Part shown: in pieces, positions 1 to 12,585 of the stretch
Numbering within the stretch: position 1 is the first letter of the stretch
Layout: each line of letters begins with the position of its first letter
Assembly: GCF_002113885.1 (NCBI RefSeq)
Contig: NW_018407093.1
Location: forward strand, 515,296-579,295
From: Mizuhopecten yessoensis
Lineage: Eukaryota
DNA: 64,000 nt
Reading direction: 5' to 3'
Notes under the pieces: model-generated
The model's input: only the letters and a program-made list of their open reading frames with translations
What the model was told of the DNA's origin: nothing
Databases searched by the model: none
Made by a program: the position numbers and the translations under genes

Positions 1-1690
1 CTTGGAGTAAATTCACTTGGTGATCAGGTAGTGGTGTAACTGGTGTATCCACTGGGGGATTGGGTAGTGGTGTAACTGATATATCCACTGGGTGATTGGG
101 TAGTGGTGTACCTGGTATCTCGGGTAAATTCACTGGGTGATCGGATAGGGGTGTAACTGGTATATCGGGTAAAATCATTTGGTGATCGGGTAGTGGTGTA
201 ACTGGGATATCGGGTAAAATCAGACTGGGCGATCGGTAGAGGTGTAACTGGTATATCGGGTAAATTCACTGGGGGATTGGGGAGTGGTGTAACTGGTATA
301 TCCACTGGGAGATTGGGTAGTGGTGTAACTGGTATATCGTGTAAATTCACTGGGTGATCGGATAGTAGCGTAACTGGTATATCGGGTAAAATCACTGGGG
401 GATCGGGTAGTGGTGTAACTGGTATATCGGGCAGCATTTGGTTTTTAGGGGGCCAGTGCTTTCTTTCAATGTTAAATGATATGCTTTCGACCATTTTTGA
501 GGGAAATGTTACTCTTTGTTTATCGGGTGGTAATTGACAATCTACAATTTAGCCACAATATAGCCCAAATAACAGCTCTGTACCTACTGGGTGATCGGGT
601 AGTGGTGTAACTGATATATCGGGTAAATTCACTGGGTGATTGGGTAGTGGTGTAAATGGTATATCCAATGGGTGATTGGGTAGTGGTGTAACTGGTATAT
701 CGGGAAAAATCAGACTGGGTGATCGGGTAGTGGGGTAACTGGGATATCGGGTAAAATCAGATTGGGTGAGCGGTAGTGGTGTAACTGGTATATCGGGTAA
801 AATCAGATTGGGGGATCGGTAGTGGGGTAACTGGTATATCGGGTAAAATCAGACTAATTGCTGTTGGTGATGATTTATGACTTGGAGTAAATTCACTTGG
901 TGATCAGGTAGTGGTGTAACTGGTGTATCCACTGGGTGATTGGGTAGTGGCGTAACTGGTATATCGGGTAAAATCAGATTGGGGGATCGGTAGTGGTGTA
1001 ACTGGTATATCGGGAAAATTCACTGGGTGATCGGATAGTAGTGTAACTGGGATATCGGGTAAAATCAGATTGGGTGGTCGGTAGTGGTGTAACTGGTATA
1101 TCCACTGGGTGATTCGGTAGTGGTGTAACTGGTATATCGGGTAAAATCAGACTAATTGCTGTTGGTGATGATTTATGACTTGGAGTAAATTCACTTGGTG
1201 ATCAGGTAGTGGTGTAACTGGTGTATCCACTGGGTGATTGGGTAGTGGTGTACCTGGTATCTCGGGTAAATTCACTGGGTGATCGGGGAGTGGTGTAACT
1301 GGTATATCGGGTAACTTCAGTGGGTGAGTGGGTAGTGATGTAACTGGTATATCGGGTAAATTCAATGGGTGATCGGGTAGTGGTGTAACTGGGATATCGG
1401 GTAAAATCAGACTGGGCGATCGGTAGAGGTGTAACTGGTATATCGGGTAAATTCACGGGGTGATCGGATAGTAGTGTAACTGGTATATCGGGGAAAATCA
1501 GACTGGGTGATCGGGTAGGGGTGTAACTGGTATATCGGGTAAAATCAGATTGGGGGATCGGTAGTGGTGTAACTGGTATATCGGGTAAAATCAGACTGGT
1601 TGATCGGGTAGTGGTGTACGTTCCTGGTATATCGGGTAAAATCAGACTGGGTGATCGGGTAGTGGTGTAACTGGTATATCGGGCAGCATT
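1..1690. repeat. Degenerate 36-47 bp minisatellite (GGTAGTGGTGTAACTGGTATATCGGGTAAA...) with higher-order duplications; minus strand reads PDIPVTPLP
   Basis: Visible tandem units. Unique block ~430-586 recurs at ~1682-1836, and another spacer recurs at ~1, ~855 and ~1150. Confidence 0.92.
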
Positions 1691-3604
1691 TGATTTTTAG
1701 GGGACCAGTGCTTTCTTTCAATGTTAAATGATATGCTTTCGACCATTTTGGAGGGAAATGTTACTCTTTGTTTATCGGGTGGTAATTGACAAGCTACAAT
1801 TTAGCCACAATATAGCCCAAATAACAGCTCTGTACCTCGCTAATGGGGCAAGCTCGGGCCAGTGGTCAGCGTTCCACGGTGTGGAGAACATGCCAGGGAT
1901 CATCTGCATTCTAAAGAAATCAAGTCATTAGATAATAATTATATCAATGCTCCTTTGCCACTGTGAACATTCTAAGGAAATGGCAATAGTTGTATATTTA
2001 ATGCAATGTATATTTTACTCATCAATCTTTGCCAGTTCAATACCAAGTTTATCAGACAGGTATGGAGACGTTGATTTGTTTATAAGCTTGACCGCTATCA
2101 GGCCTACAAAGTCTCCCAGACCGGTATGAAGTTGTTGATTTGTTTATCATTCAGCTCTGACCATATCAGGCCTTCGGGCAAGAACTTAATCCTGTATTAC
2201 ATTACTCTTGTGTATTTAGACAAGATTCCTTGTGAATCGGAGTTTATATCTGAGTCTGGTCAATGTTTGTATTGATACTATCTTTGTACACCCATCAACA
2301 GCTTGTCTGTGAGCAGGATCACACCCCAGGAGTTGAGACTGGACATGTGGTTCAGGGCAGAGTAGTAATATAAGTGTTACAAAGGAAAGCAGGATCACAA
2401 TACCAGCCTGTCAAAGAGATAAACAAAGATAAATAATTCTATACACCTTTCCTGGTGACAGGGTTGTACATTGTGAAATAGGAAAAGAAAGCTGAACTTC
2501 ATCATAAAAGTCCTGTGACATATGTAACTTAAACTTTAGAAGAAGAAAAGATATTTATATATACCATAATTGTTCTGAACTTTGTCAATATATATTTTAT
2601 CTTAAAAAAATTGGTTGCATATTTGTTGATTTTGCAATGTCATTGTCACTTTTTATCAATATGCCGGGTAAGAAAATAGAGTAAGGTATCGGGTATCGTA
2701 TGTGGAAGTTCTCCCTTCAAGTGTACAACATACTTGTCAACTTTTTGAAATTTCCATGGGGGATTACGCATGCTCAAAATTAAAACATAAATAAAATGTA
2801 TGAATGTAACAACTCAGGGAAAATTTCCATTTTTAAACAGCATCTTTTGAGCTGTTCTTTCAGATGAAATCATCAGATCTTAGAAAATAGTGATAGTACA
2901 GCACTGGTTGGAAATGCTCAACTTTAGGGTCCAAAATCGGGAGTCTCCTCCAAAAAATGGAGAGTTCGCAAGTTTGAGTGTGGAGGTTAGGGTAGAATCC
3001 TGTACAATGTTATTTTAAAATAAAAATCATTTGATTGTTATATAAATTTCATATAAAATGGAAACTATTAAAGATCATTTAAGTTAAATTGAACAATTTT
3101 CATATATTTTGATAACATTCTACACAATTTATAAAGTCACATGATATGGACACGTAAGTTATAAGCGAGCAGAATCACTCATCAGTTTTAAAGCCTCAAG
3201 GACAATTGATTAAATCTTTCTATATTTATAGATATTCAGGATAATGGGACAAGCTTCCATCTCTCCCACCATTGTATATACAATCACTACCTGTAACTGG
3301 GTCATCCATCAGACACCTGTATTACCTGGATGGTGGGGATTCAATTAAGGTTTGATTGATGGTCAGTTTACAGCCCCAGCCAGGTGTCCTGGCACTGACA
3401 AATGACCAGTGCATTGATAAAATCTATTGTCAAACAATCAGCACATATTTGGCAAGTAGAGATGAGGTTTGATCAATATCATTTCCAAGTTCCACGAACA
3501 AAAGCAGTGCTAAATATAAACATGTTTAACAATGAATCAATTGTTTTAAAACATCTATATCAAAACATGTGTGTGCATGTGGACGGACTTGATTTACACT
3601 AATA

Positions 3605-4920
3605 GACAGACTGTGTCAATATATACTAGCAGACAGACTGTGTCAATACTAGCAGACAGACTGTGTCAATACTAGCAGACAGACTTGGTCAATACTAGCA
3701 GACAGACTGTCAATGCTAGCAGACAGACTGTGTCAATACTAGCAGACAGACTGTGTCTATACTAGCAGACAGACTGTGTCAATACTAGCAGACAGACTGT
3801 GTCAATACTAGCGGACAGACTGTGTCTATACTAGCAGACAAACTGTGTCAATACTAGCGGACAGACTGTGTCTATACTAGCAGACAGAATGTGTCAATAC
3901 TAGCAGACAGACTTGGTCAATACTAGCAGACAGACTGTGTCAATATTAGCAGACAGACTGTGTCAATACTAGCAGACAGACTGTGTCAATACTAGCAGAC
4001 AAACTTGGTCAATGCTAGCAGACAGACTGTGTCAATACTAGCAGACAGACTGTGTCAATACTAGCAAACAGACTGTGTCAATACTAGCAGACCAACTTGA
4101 TTAATACTAGCAAACCAACTTGATCAATACTAGCAAACAAACTTGATCAATGCTAGCAGACCAACTTGATCAATGCTAGCAGACAAACTTGATCAATACT
4201 AGCAAACAAACTTGATCAATACTAGCAGACAAACTTGGTCAATGCTATCAGCCCAACTTGGTCAGTACTAGCAGACAGACTTGATCAATGCTAGCAGACC
4301 AATTTGATCAATGCTATCAGCCCAACTTGATCAATACTAGCAGACAAACTTGATCAATACTAGCAGACAAACTTGGTAAATGCTATCAGCCCAACTTGGT
4401 CAGTACTAGCACACAGACTTGATCACTGCTAGCAGACCAACTTGATCAATACTAGCAAACAAACTTGATCAATGCTTGCAGACCAACTTGATCAATGCTA
4501 GCAGACCAACTTGATCAATACTAGCAAACAAACTTGATCAATGCTTGCAGACCAACTTGATCAATGCTAGCAGACCAACTTGATCAATACTAGCAGACAA
4601 ACTTGATCAATGCTAGCAGACAAACTTGGTCAATGCTTTCAGACCAATAGACCAACTTTATCAATGCTAGCAGACCAATAGACCAACTTCATCAAGCTAG
4701 CAGACCAACTTAATCAATCCTAGCAGACAAACTTGGTCAATGCTATCAGACCAACTTGGTCAGTACTAGCAGACATACTTGGTCAATGTTAGCAGACCAA
4801 TTTGGTCAATACATTACTAGCAGACAATCGTGGTCAATACTAGCAGACCAACTTGGTCAATGATTGCAGACACACTTGGTCAATATTAGTTGACAAACTT
4901 TATCAACACTACAGGACAAT
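3605..4920. repeat. 23-bp minisatellite (TACTAGCAGACAGACTGTGTCAA grading to ...AGACCAACTTGATCAA)
   Basis: Period measured directly; two variant domains. Confidence 0.95.
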
Positions 4921-5261
4921 TTTGGTAAATATTAGACAGATACTTTTTACATGAGTTTGTCCATAAGGTAAGAGATATATTTATATTTAACAAACCAGGC
5001 TATAGGTGTGAAGTGTTACGTGACCAGTCTCCCCTCCAGTAAAACATGTCAGGTATGATTACTGTCCCGTCAGTGGACACACCTGTTACAGGTGTAAATG
5101 TCCCTACCTGTCACATACATATCTATTACCTGGATCAGTGACCACCAGGATACAGACATCATCATAATTCTAGTCCGAATGTCCTGTGTACACCAGAGCT
5201 AAATATCCTAATTCACTCGTATGTGATAACATATTTATACCTTCGATGCTAGTTTGGACAC

Positions 5262-5665
5262 TGGTTTGTGTGTACAGTGGAACCTTGTTAGCCAGGACCT
5301 TTGGTTTGTGTGTACAGTGGAACCTTGTTAGCCAGGACCTTTGGTTTGTGTGTACAGTGGAACCTTGTTAGCCAGGACCTTTGGTTTGTGTGTACAGTGG
5401 AACCTTGTTAGCCAGGACCTTTGGTTTGTGTGTACAGTGGAACCTTGTTAGCCAGGACCTTTGGTTTGTGTGTACAGTGGAACCTTGTTAGCCAGGACCT
5501 TTGGTTTGTGTGTACAGTGGAACCTTGTTAGCCAGGACCTTTGGTTTGTGTGTACAGTGGAACCTTGTTAGCCAGGAACTTTGGTTTTTGTGTACAGTGG
5601 AACTTCAATAGTCTGGACATTTTTTGTGTATATTGGAACCTTCATATTCTGGACACTTTGTACAT
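5262..5665. repeat. 40-bp minisatellite (TGGTTTGTGTGTACAGTGGAACCTTGTTAGCCAGGACCTT)
   Basis: About eight near-perfect copies plus degenerate edges. Confidence 0.95.
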
Positions 5666-5833
5666 CATATGTACTGTAGAACCTTGTTAATTAGTCCATA
5701 TTCCGTCACTGCATGGATATACACGCAGGATGTCGGTCCAACATTGCGGGCGTTGAATGAGTCCAATATTGATACCCTAGCTATCCAAGTCCGGACATCA
5801 TAGTGGATTTTTAAAGCTTGGGGATCAAGACAG

Positions 5834-5885
5834 ATGTCGGTAACGCCTAGAGAAGATGAATCAAAAGAAGTGGACACACGTTTAG
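5834..5885 (+). CDS. Candidate alternative first coding exon (MSVTPREDESKEVDTRL-D)
   Basis: ATG with an upstream in-frame stop, 17 codons + G, then gtttgt. Phase 1 restores GAC at the 7839 acceptor. Confidence 0.45.
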
Positions 5886-7838
5886 GTTTGTGATGACCTG
5901 TCTATTGGCTCCTGTTGTGTGTGTGTAGATATTCGGGAATGTGTCATAATCGTAGAGGAGAAATAAGCCCTGTGTTGTATGACTTTCTTTGATTAAAGTC
6001 CAGAATGAATCTGATTGTGTTTACAGAGTCTGTTCTTCACTGTCCTGTGTGATAGACTGTGGCTTACAAATAAAGGAGGTTTCTAGGTCGGAGACCCCAG
6101 TGTTGACAGATACAATATTAATATTCTCCTCACAGTTATATATGGGTTTTCTGACCATGTTTTTCTGGCTCAATTAAAGGTCAAAAGTGGAATTCATAAT
6201 TATAAATATTTTGTAGGTGAAACTTTGAGGCCAAAATAATTGAATAAGGAATGCTGTGAGCAGGTTATTATAGAGAATTTCTACCAAAATAGTCAAATAT
6301 ATATATATATATATTGATTTGGAATGCACTTTCAGTATATTTGGAATTGTTTTGTTAAAAACTCAGAAATGGTACTTAAGGTGTATCTTTGACATGCACA
6401 TGAAAGAATGGGAAATGTTCCAAACAAATATGTCTCGATAATATTTGAAATTGAAAAAATATGAAAAGCTTAGGATATAATAATAATAGCTTGCTAATTT
6501 GATATTTGGACATTTTATGCCTCTTAGATTCATAGAGTTCTACATTTGATGCATTTTCGTTATTTTAATTTCAACTGTCTATAGTGTAATTACAAACTTA
6601 CATTATGAAATCATATTTCAAATTAACACATTTCTGAATTCTGTGTATTAATAAGAAGGCAGTGGTGTAATGTGACTACATATGACTTCATTGCTAATGG
6701 CTTGTCGAGGAGCCAGACGGGTTTCTATGACGATCGAGAGGTTTATCTGATATTGAAGTCCCATTATAACCAGACACCATTATGTAACATCAATATTCAC
6801 CAAACCTGTCCGTCCACATTTCTCCTACACTTAACTTATAGTGAAATGGGACCGGTCACATTGTACGATTTCATCTCAAATATTCAAATTTTGATGTGAG
6901 AGGAGGCGGATTTGACATATTGTATGTTTACAAAACACATATATTCCTGCTCTGGTGATTTGGATAACCATGTTGTTGGAACAATTCCTGAAGCGCTTTG
7001 GTAATGTTGTTTAATATAAGAGCATTGTTTGTTATTGAGAAATATTACGTGTCTGACAATATATAGGTTCATTTTGTCATGGTAACTTTGTTTCTGTTTT
7101 AATTGTTTTGAGTTTGAAAGATAATCATAATTGAATTGTGAAAAAAAGTCAAACAAAATAACTATCTCAATGGTTATAGTGTTTTTGTCTGTGATATTTG
7201 GAAAGATGATGATATTTTTATTGGTAAAAAACAATTTATATTAGAAACCAGCTGACTGGTACTGACAGCCTGTGTAAATTGTAATAAGAAAAACTAGAAA
7301 TTAGTACTGTCAACCATATATGTCCATTTCAGTGTTTGAAATACAAATTGTAAGACATTCATTTATATTTCACCACTTGATATCAATTCCATCAGTTTTG
7401 AAGGGGAAATGTATATTTCATGAAGTTTGACATCATTTCATTATCAACTGATGACATCACAACTGGTCGTATCACAGGAATTCATACCCAGAAATACGAG
7501 GTAGTATGTGATAGATATATAGTGTATTTATCTCAACACTCCTGTTATGTGAGATAATTGGTTACAGTATAATTTTGCTGTAAGGTAAAATCACAAATTC
7601 AATAAAACTGCACACTTCTATGGTCAGGTAATACTACATAGGTTATTTTCTCTAAACTTCAAACTTGTTATAAATTAAAATGTGAAAATACAACACTGCA
7701 CAAAATCACAGGTGACTTTTACAGCGCTGTCTGCAGTATAGGTGAATAATATATGTTTCCTGAATGAGCTTGATCTATTGAGGTTGTTTTTGTCTGTTGT
7801 TAGTGTTGCTGTAACTGATTGTGTTTTGTCTGTTTCAG

Positions 7839-10800
7839 ACCTGGAGGACAATCCGGAATACATGCAGATGATGTCCAATGCGGCCAGCAATCTCCAGCGC
7901 CGGTCATCATCAGGCTCTGACCGGTCCTATCCTATCGGACCTACGGAAAGGGGTCAGTCTCTTCGGTCGGTCAGTCGGTCACCCAAAGACTCCATTTCTG
8001 AAAGTAATGAGCAGGATGATTTTATGAACAAAGTCTGCAAATTTGAATTAATATCGCGTGGGAAGAACTCCCCCACTGCCAAGTCACCCACCAATAAATT
8101 TTTCTCGCCAGAACACGAACGATACGATCCGTCTCTTTATTCTCAACAGAGTATTTCGTCATCCACGACCAGATCTCCACTGGCTAGGCAGTATATACCA
8201 GAACCGGGAAAGACGGCGAATACGCCTACTTATCCTGCAAAGTCAATGGAACGTCAGAAATCTCGACCAGGACAGAGTCCAGGGACATACTCCGGAGAGA
8301 AGGTGTTTAGTAAAGAGACCGCTACAACACGTGTGTCACTCAGTGTCTTACGGGGAAATACAGGAACAGGAAACAACGAACGTGTTGTCAGTACAGGAAG
8401 TAACAGTTCCGGCTCACTGACCAGCGTCAGTAGTGTTAGTGGTGGTGCTACTTTAAGTTGGAACTCAAATTCTGACTCGTCAAAATCTGACGAATCTTTG
8501 TCCAGTAGCAAGACACTACACACTTCATCATCCGGTAGTACAACTCCCCGAACTGACCAATCAGTGACCAGGATGCGAACACCTGATTTAGCTAGCACTA
8601 AGGTTGTCATGGCGACAACTGCAGAGTCTCTAGCAGAAAGCATTATGAATGGTGATCTCCTTTCATCTATTAGTCCAACGAAGAAGCCAGAGTTTGACCC
8701 TGGCAGTGAAAGTAATCGGAACACATTTGATGGAATGGACTTTGATTTTAATGAACTGACTTCAAGTCAACAAGACTTGTCCATCAAACACCAGGAAATG
8801 GTCTCCGAGCGGAAAAAGGAACAGGAAATGGAACGTCTGGAAAAACAACGATTAGAGGAAATATTAAATATGTGTGCAGAGTATGAGAAACAAATTGAAG
8901 ATGAAAAAGGTAGTGAAAAAAGTTCTGTTTCTAGTGTGCTTGGTCAAACGAAACCTCCCCTGCTGAAACCCTGGTCCATGCAGGAGTTTTTGGAAAACAA
9001 CAACAAATCAGTGGAATCTGTTGAGGATAGGGATGGAAGCTTGACGCCCACCTCACCGTCAAACCTACCAGGGCAGACCACTCCAACAGCAAATGGAACA
9101 TTCAGCTACAAATCGCCTCCAAATTTCCTGGGGTCAAACAACAGCCCCTCTGTCTATCAGGGACAGATATCTCAATCACCAGGACTAAACGTAGAATATG
9201 GGTCGTATGAGAATATGGTAGTTAGCTCTCCTGACAACCGTAGGGATGGATCGCCAGCCATGCAGAGTCCATCCTACTTACAAAGACCAAGTCTACCGCC
9301 CATGGCAGAATATGAAGGTCAAAAAATCAGAGGTCAGGGTTCACCAAGGCAACAGGAAGTAAGAGTCAATGGGTTCTCACAAAATCAAAATATGCAAAAT
9401 TTACATCCTGATGTTAGAGAATTTATCACTTCTTCGCCCAAAACTATCTTGGACGAAACAAAACCTTCTTCATCAAGTCCAAAATATGTTGCAGAGGAAA
9501 ACAAAATAATTTCACCTTCCCACAAGTTAATGGTAGACAAACAACAGGGGGTAATCAGGTCTCCTAAATCAAGTGAAAACAGTGGGGAGTTTATATACTC
9601 TTTAGCCAAGTCCGTCTCCGTAACTGATCACATGGGCGCCAACATGGCGGGCGGTGGACAGCAGTCTAAATCTACCAAAAACTCACAGAACAATACCACA
9701 CAGGAGATGAACTGGCAGTATTCTAACTCACCTGCTAATTCTCAACGCCAAATTATAGAACCACCGGCGGGATTTGAGGATGCCCTACCGGCTGGTTCCA
9801 GGGAGGGTAAGCAAAAAGACTCCACCCCTGAAATCCACCAGTTAATTTCTGAATCAGCTGCAACCTTAAATCGCAAGGAGAGAGAACAACAGATAGTTCA
9901 AGCTTCTCAGAAACCCGGACTGTTACAACAAAATCAGGATGACGTTGAACGTAGACCTGTACAGCGACCAAACCAATTATTGAACTTGAACGACCAGGAT
10001 GGAACTAGTTCACTTGACAGAAAAGACAAGTCTGAGTTCCGTAGCTCAATGTCAAAGATCAAAACCAATGGTTCACTCACAATGTTGTCATCGCCAAACA
10101 ATCCCCACAAGGACATGGTGGGATTTCAAGTCCGGCGATGTAACTCCAATTCTTCAAACTCTGAGGAAGAATCGTCCGGTGGGAACTCTGAGGACACGGG
10201 AACGATAAAACGCCGCCCCATCATAGGTGGGGAGCCACTGAGAAGGAGTTTCATTGAAGAGAGAAATCGCAATAAAATTTCTCCTGAGGAGCCTCTCAAA
10301 AGTCCACATTTCTCTCCGATCATGGGCAGCAGGAGCCCGAAGATTGGACGCAGGATGATGCGGTATGAAGATCTACAAAATCAAAGTGTGAAAGTGTCGA
10401 GCAGTGAAAGTCTGTCTTCCTCTAGTAAAAAATCAGACGACAACTCCAGTGTTAAAAGTCGTAAATCAAACAGCAAAGAAAACGTGTCTTCCAAGTTGGA
10501 TGTTGTTCACACACAAAAGTCTGGCCAAGAGGATGTGTCTGTTAACAGCCTAAATAACCATGTGTCTCTCAACCAATCTATAGATTCGGCAGAAGTAGAA
10601 AAATCTGTCCGAATGGAACGGTGTGAAATGTATCTTCGCACTTCAGGAGGTCAAGGTCATTTGTCGGATCATTCTAATGAATACACTAGTAATATCCCTG
10701 GGCCTGGCCCGTTCCCTAGGGATATAGGGGAGGGGGTTTACGAAAATGTGCCATTTTATCGTAACAAGGAGTCTGGGATTATAACCCCGGATTATACTTC

Positions 10801-11038
10801 ATCTGTGTCTTCCAAAAGGATTAATACTACTAGTGATACTTATCACTCTAAAGTGAGTTCCATTGATTCTAATGTCGTGTCTTCCATTCGGAACTCCTCG
10901 GGATCTAATAGCAGCAGTAAAAAATCGGATGAAACTCCCGTAAACAGTGATACGGAGCATATACTAACGCAGGCCCACGACCGGGCATCCTCCAGTGGGG
11001 TGGAGTCATCTAGTGAATGTAGCTTCAACTTTACAGAG
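7839..11038 (+). CDS. PHLDB: PHLDB-like giant exon (3200 nt): Ser/Pro-rich low-complexity region with a short conserved coiled coil
   Basis: Acceptor ttttgtctgtttcAG at 7837-7838 (phase 1, [G]AC CTG GAG). Donor GAG|gtaagc at 11039 (phase 0). Lies within the 1119-aa ORF and contains RKKEQEMERLEKQRLEEILNMCAEYEKQ. Confidence 0.9.
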
Positions 11039-11285
11039 GTAAGCTGGCACATCTTTTATGTCACTACACCAAATCATCGAAATTTATCTACTTTACAATA
11101 ATTTCAAAATATTGAATATCAAGTTGTATTAATTACAATTGTTGGCCTTACCCAATACACAGTGTGTTGGTGGATGGTGTTGGAGGGAACAGGATTGATC
11201 TTGAGAAAACTTGATGGTTGAGCAGCGGAGGTGTTCTATTCATGTCCAATCGATCAGAGAGTCAAATGCTGGTCATCTTATTGAA

Positions 11286-11376
11286 TTAACTCATTCACCC
11301 CTGAAATTTCATAGTGGACTATTCCAACCATTGAATTGGAAGAGTTAAAATGTGTATTCAGGTGTCAATGAGTTAA
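11286..11376. mobile_element. ~83-bp TTAA-flanked MITE (piggyBac-like), copy 1
   Basis: TTAA-CTCATTCACCCCTGAA...TTCAGGtGTcAATGAG-TTAA terminal inverted repeats; four copies in window. Confidence 0.75.
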
Positions 11377-11454
11377 AATCAATAAACAATAGTTTAGATT
11401 TTAGGGCTAATTCATGATACTTATATTCAATGGTTAAGGTCACTTCAGTAAAAG

Positions 11455-11582
11455 TAACTGGTGGATTTCAGGGGTGGAGTCTTTTTGCTTACCCTCCCTG
11501 GAACCAGCCGGTAGGGCATCCTCAAATCCCGCCGGTGGTTCTATAATTTGGCGTTGAGAATTAGCAGGTGAATTAGAATACT
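11455..11582 (-). repeat. Inverted duplicate of coding segment 9717-9844
   Basis: Reverse complement matches at 127 of 128 positions by manual alignment. Confidence 0.95.
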
Positions 11583-11841
11583 AATTCTAATTCACAAAAT
11601 GTAGTTAAATGGACTTCCTTGACACATATTTCCAACCACTACAGGGTGGTCTGCTTTAGGTCAAAGTTCAGTGACAAACATTGGGACGAAAGGTTTTGAT
11701 TGAAAACATTTTCATGTTACAATTATCTTTGTAAGGTGGTTTGCAAGGTCAAGGTCACAAAGTCTGGTACAAAAGTTAAATGTAGGGGATTTTTATAAAT
11801 AAGATCTAAACACATTTTTTCATTGTTTTTCCTTTCATTGG

Positions 11842-11932
11842 TTAACTCATTCACCCCTGAAGACACGTTTGAACTCTTCCAATTCAAATGTTGGAATAGT
11901 TCATTTTTAAATTTCAGGGGTGAATGAGTTAA
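11842..11932. mobile_element. TTAA-flanked MITE, copy 2 (opposite orientation to copy 1)
   Basis: Perfect TIR CTCATTCACCCCTGAA with TTAA on both sides; interior is the reverse complement of copy 1. Confidence 0.8.
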
Positions 11933-12585
11933 TAGCATATAACATAATCAGGTGTGGAGATTTTTTCCCCGATTTCTGAAAAAAACGTTGATCTGGTTAC
12001 ATTTTCTATTGTAAGATATAGTTTCTATCATTGATCAAGAGTCCCTAATAACTGTTCATCAATTTATATATCTTAGAACAAATATGCAGAATATTACATT
12101 GAAATCAGAGGAAGTAAATAATTAATTCTTTAGAATTTGATTATTTAGAGTAATAAGATAAAAAATACATCTTTTCAATTTCTTTTTTTTTTTATGTATA
12201 AATTTAAGTGTATTTCAAAATTTTCGGAGAAATTTTCCCCATGAAATAAAATACCAATTAGTTATGACCCTAGACCAGTATCATAGACCACTGTTATAAA
12301 AGTCTGTGAAAGATATCAAGGATGTGATCAACTTTCTCAACTGTTCATTTTTGGGGATGTTTTGACATTTATCTGCGAAAATGGAATGTTTCTGTCAAAA
12401 AAGTCATCAAAACTTGAAGAAGGTCATATGAAAACTGTTGCATGCAGTTCAAGGGAGACAACTCTGATAGCCTTAACCCAACACTGTGCTTAGCAGTCAC
12501 AAGGCGTTGTTGTAGGAAGGCCTTCCAGATAGTGTTTATGGTGCCGAGCAGCTGTAGTGTACATTAACGTTATTATTGGGCGCCA

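Noticed and set aside
7742-7838. N-terminal 32 aa and GTG start of the 1119-aa ORF, and its tail 11039-11101
   Set aside because: Intronic read-through: covers the pyrimidine tract and acceptor at 7838 and the sequence after the donor at 11039.
8058-11052. Overlapping and antisense ORFs within the giant exon
   Set aside because: Shadow ORFs expected from a long Ser-rich coding exon.
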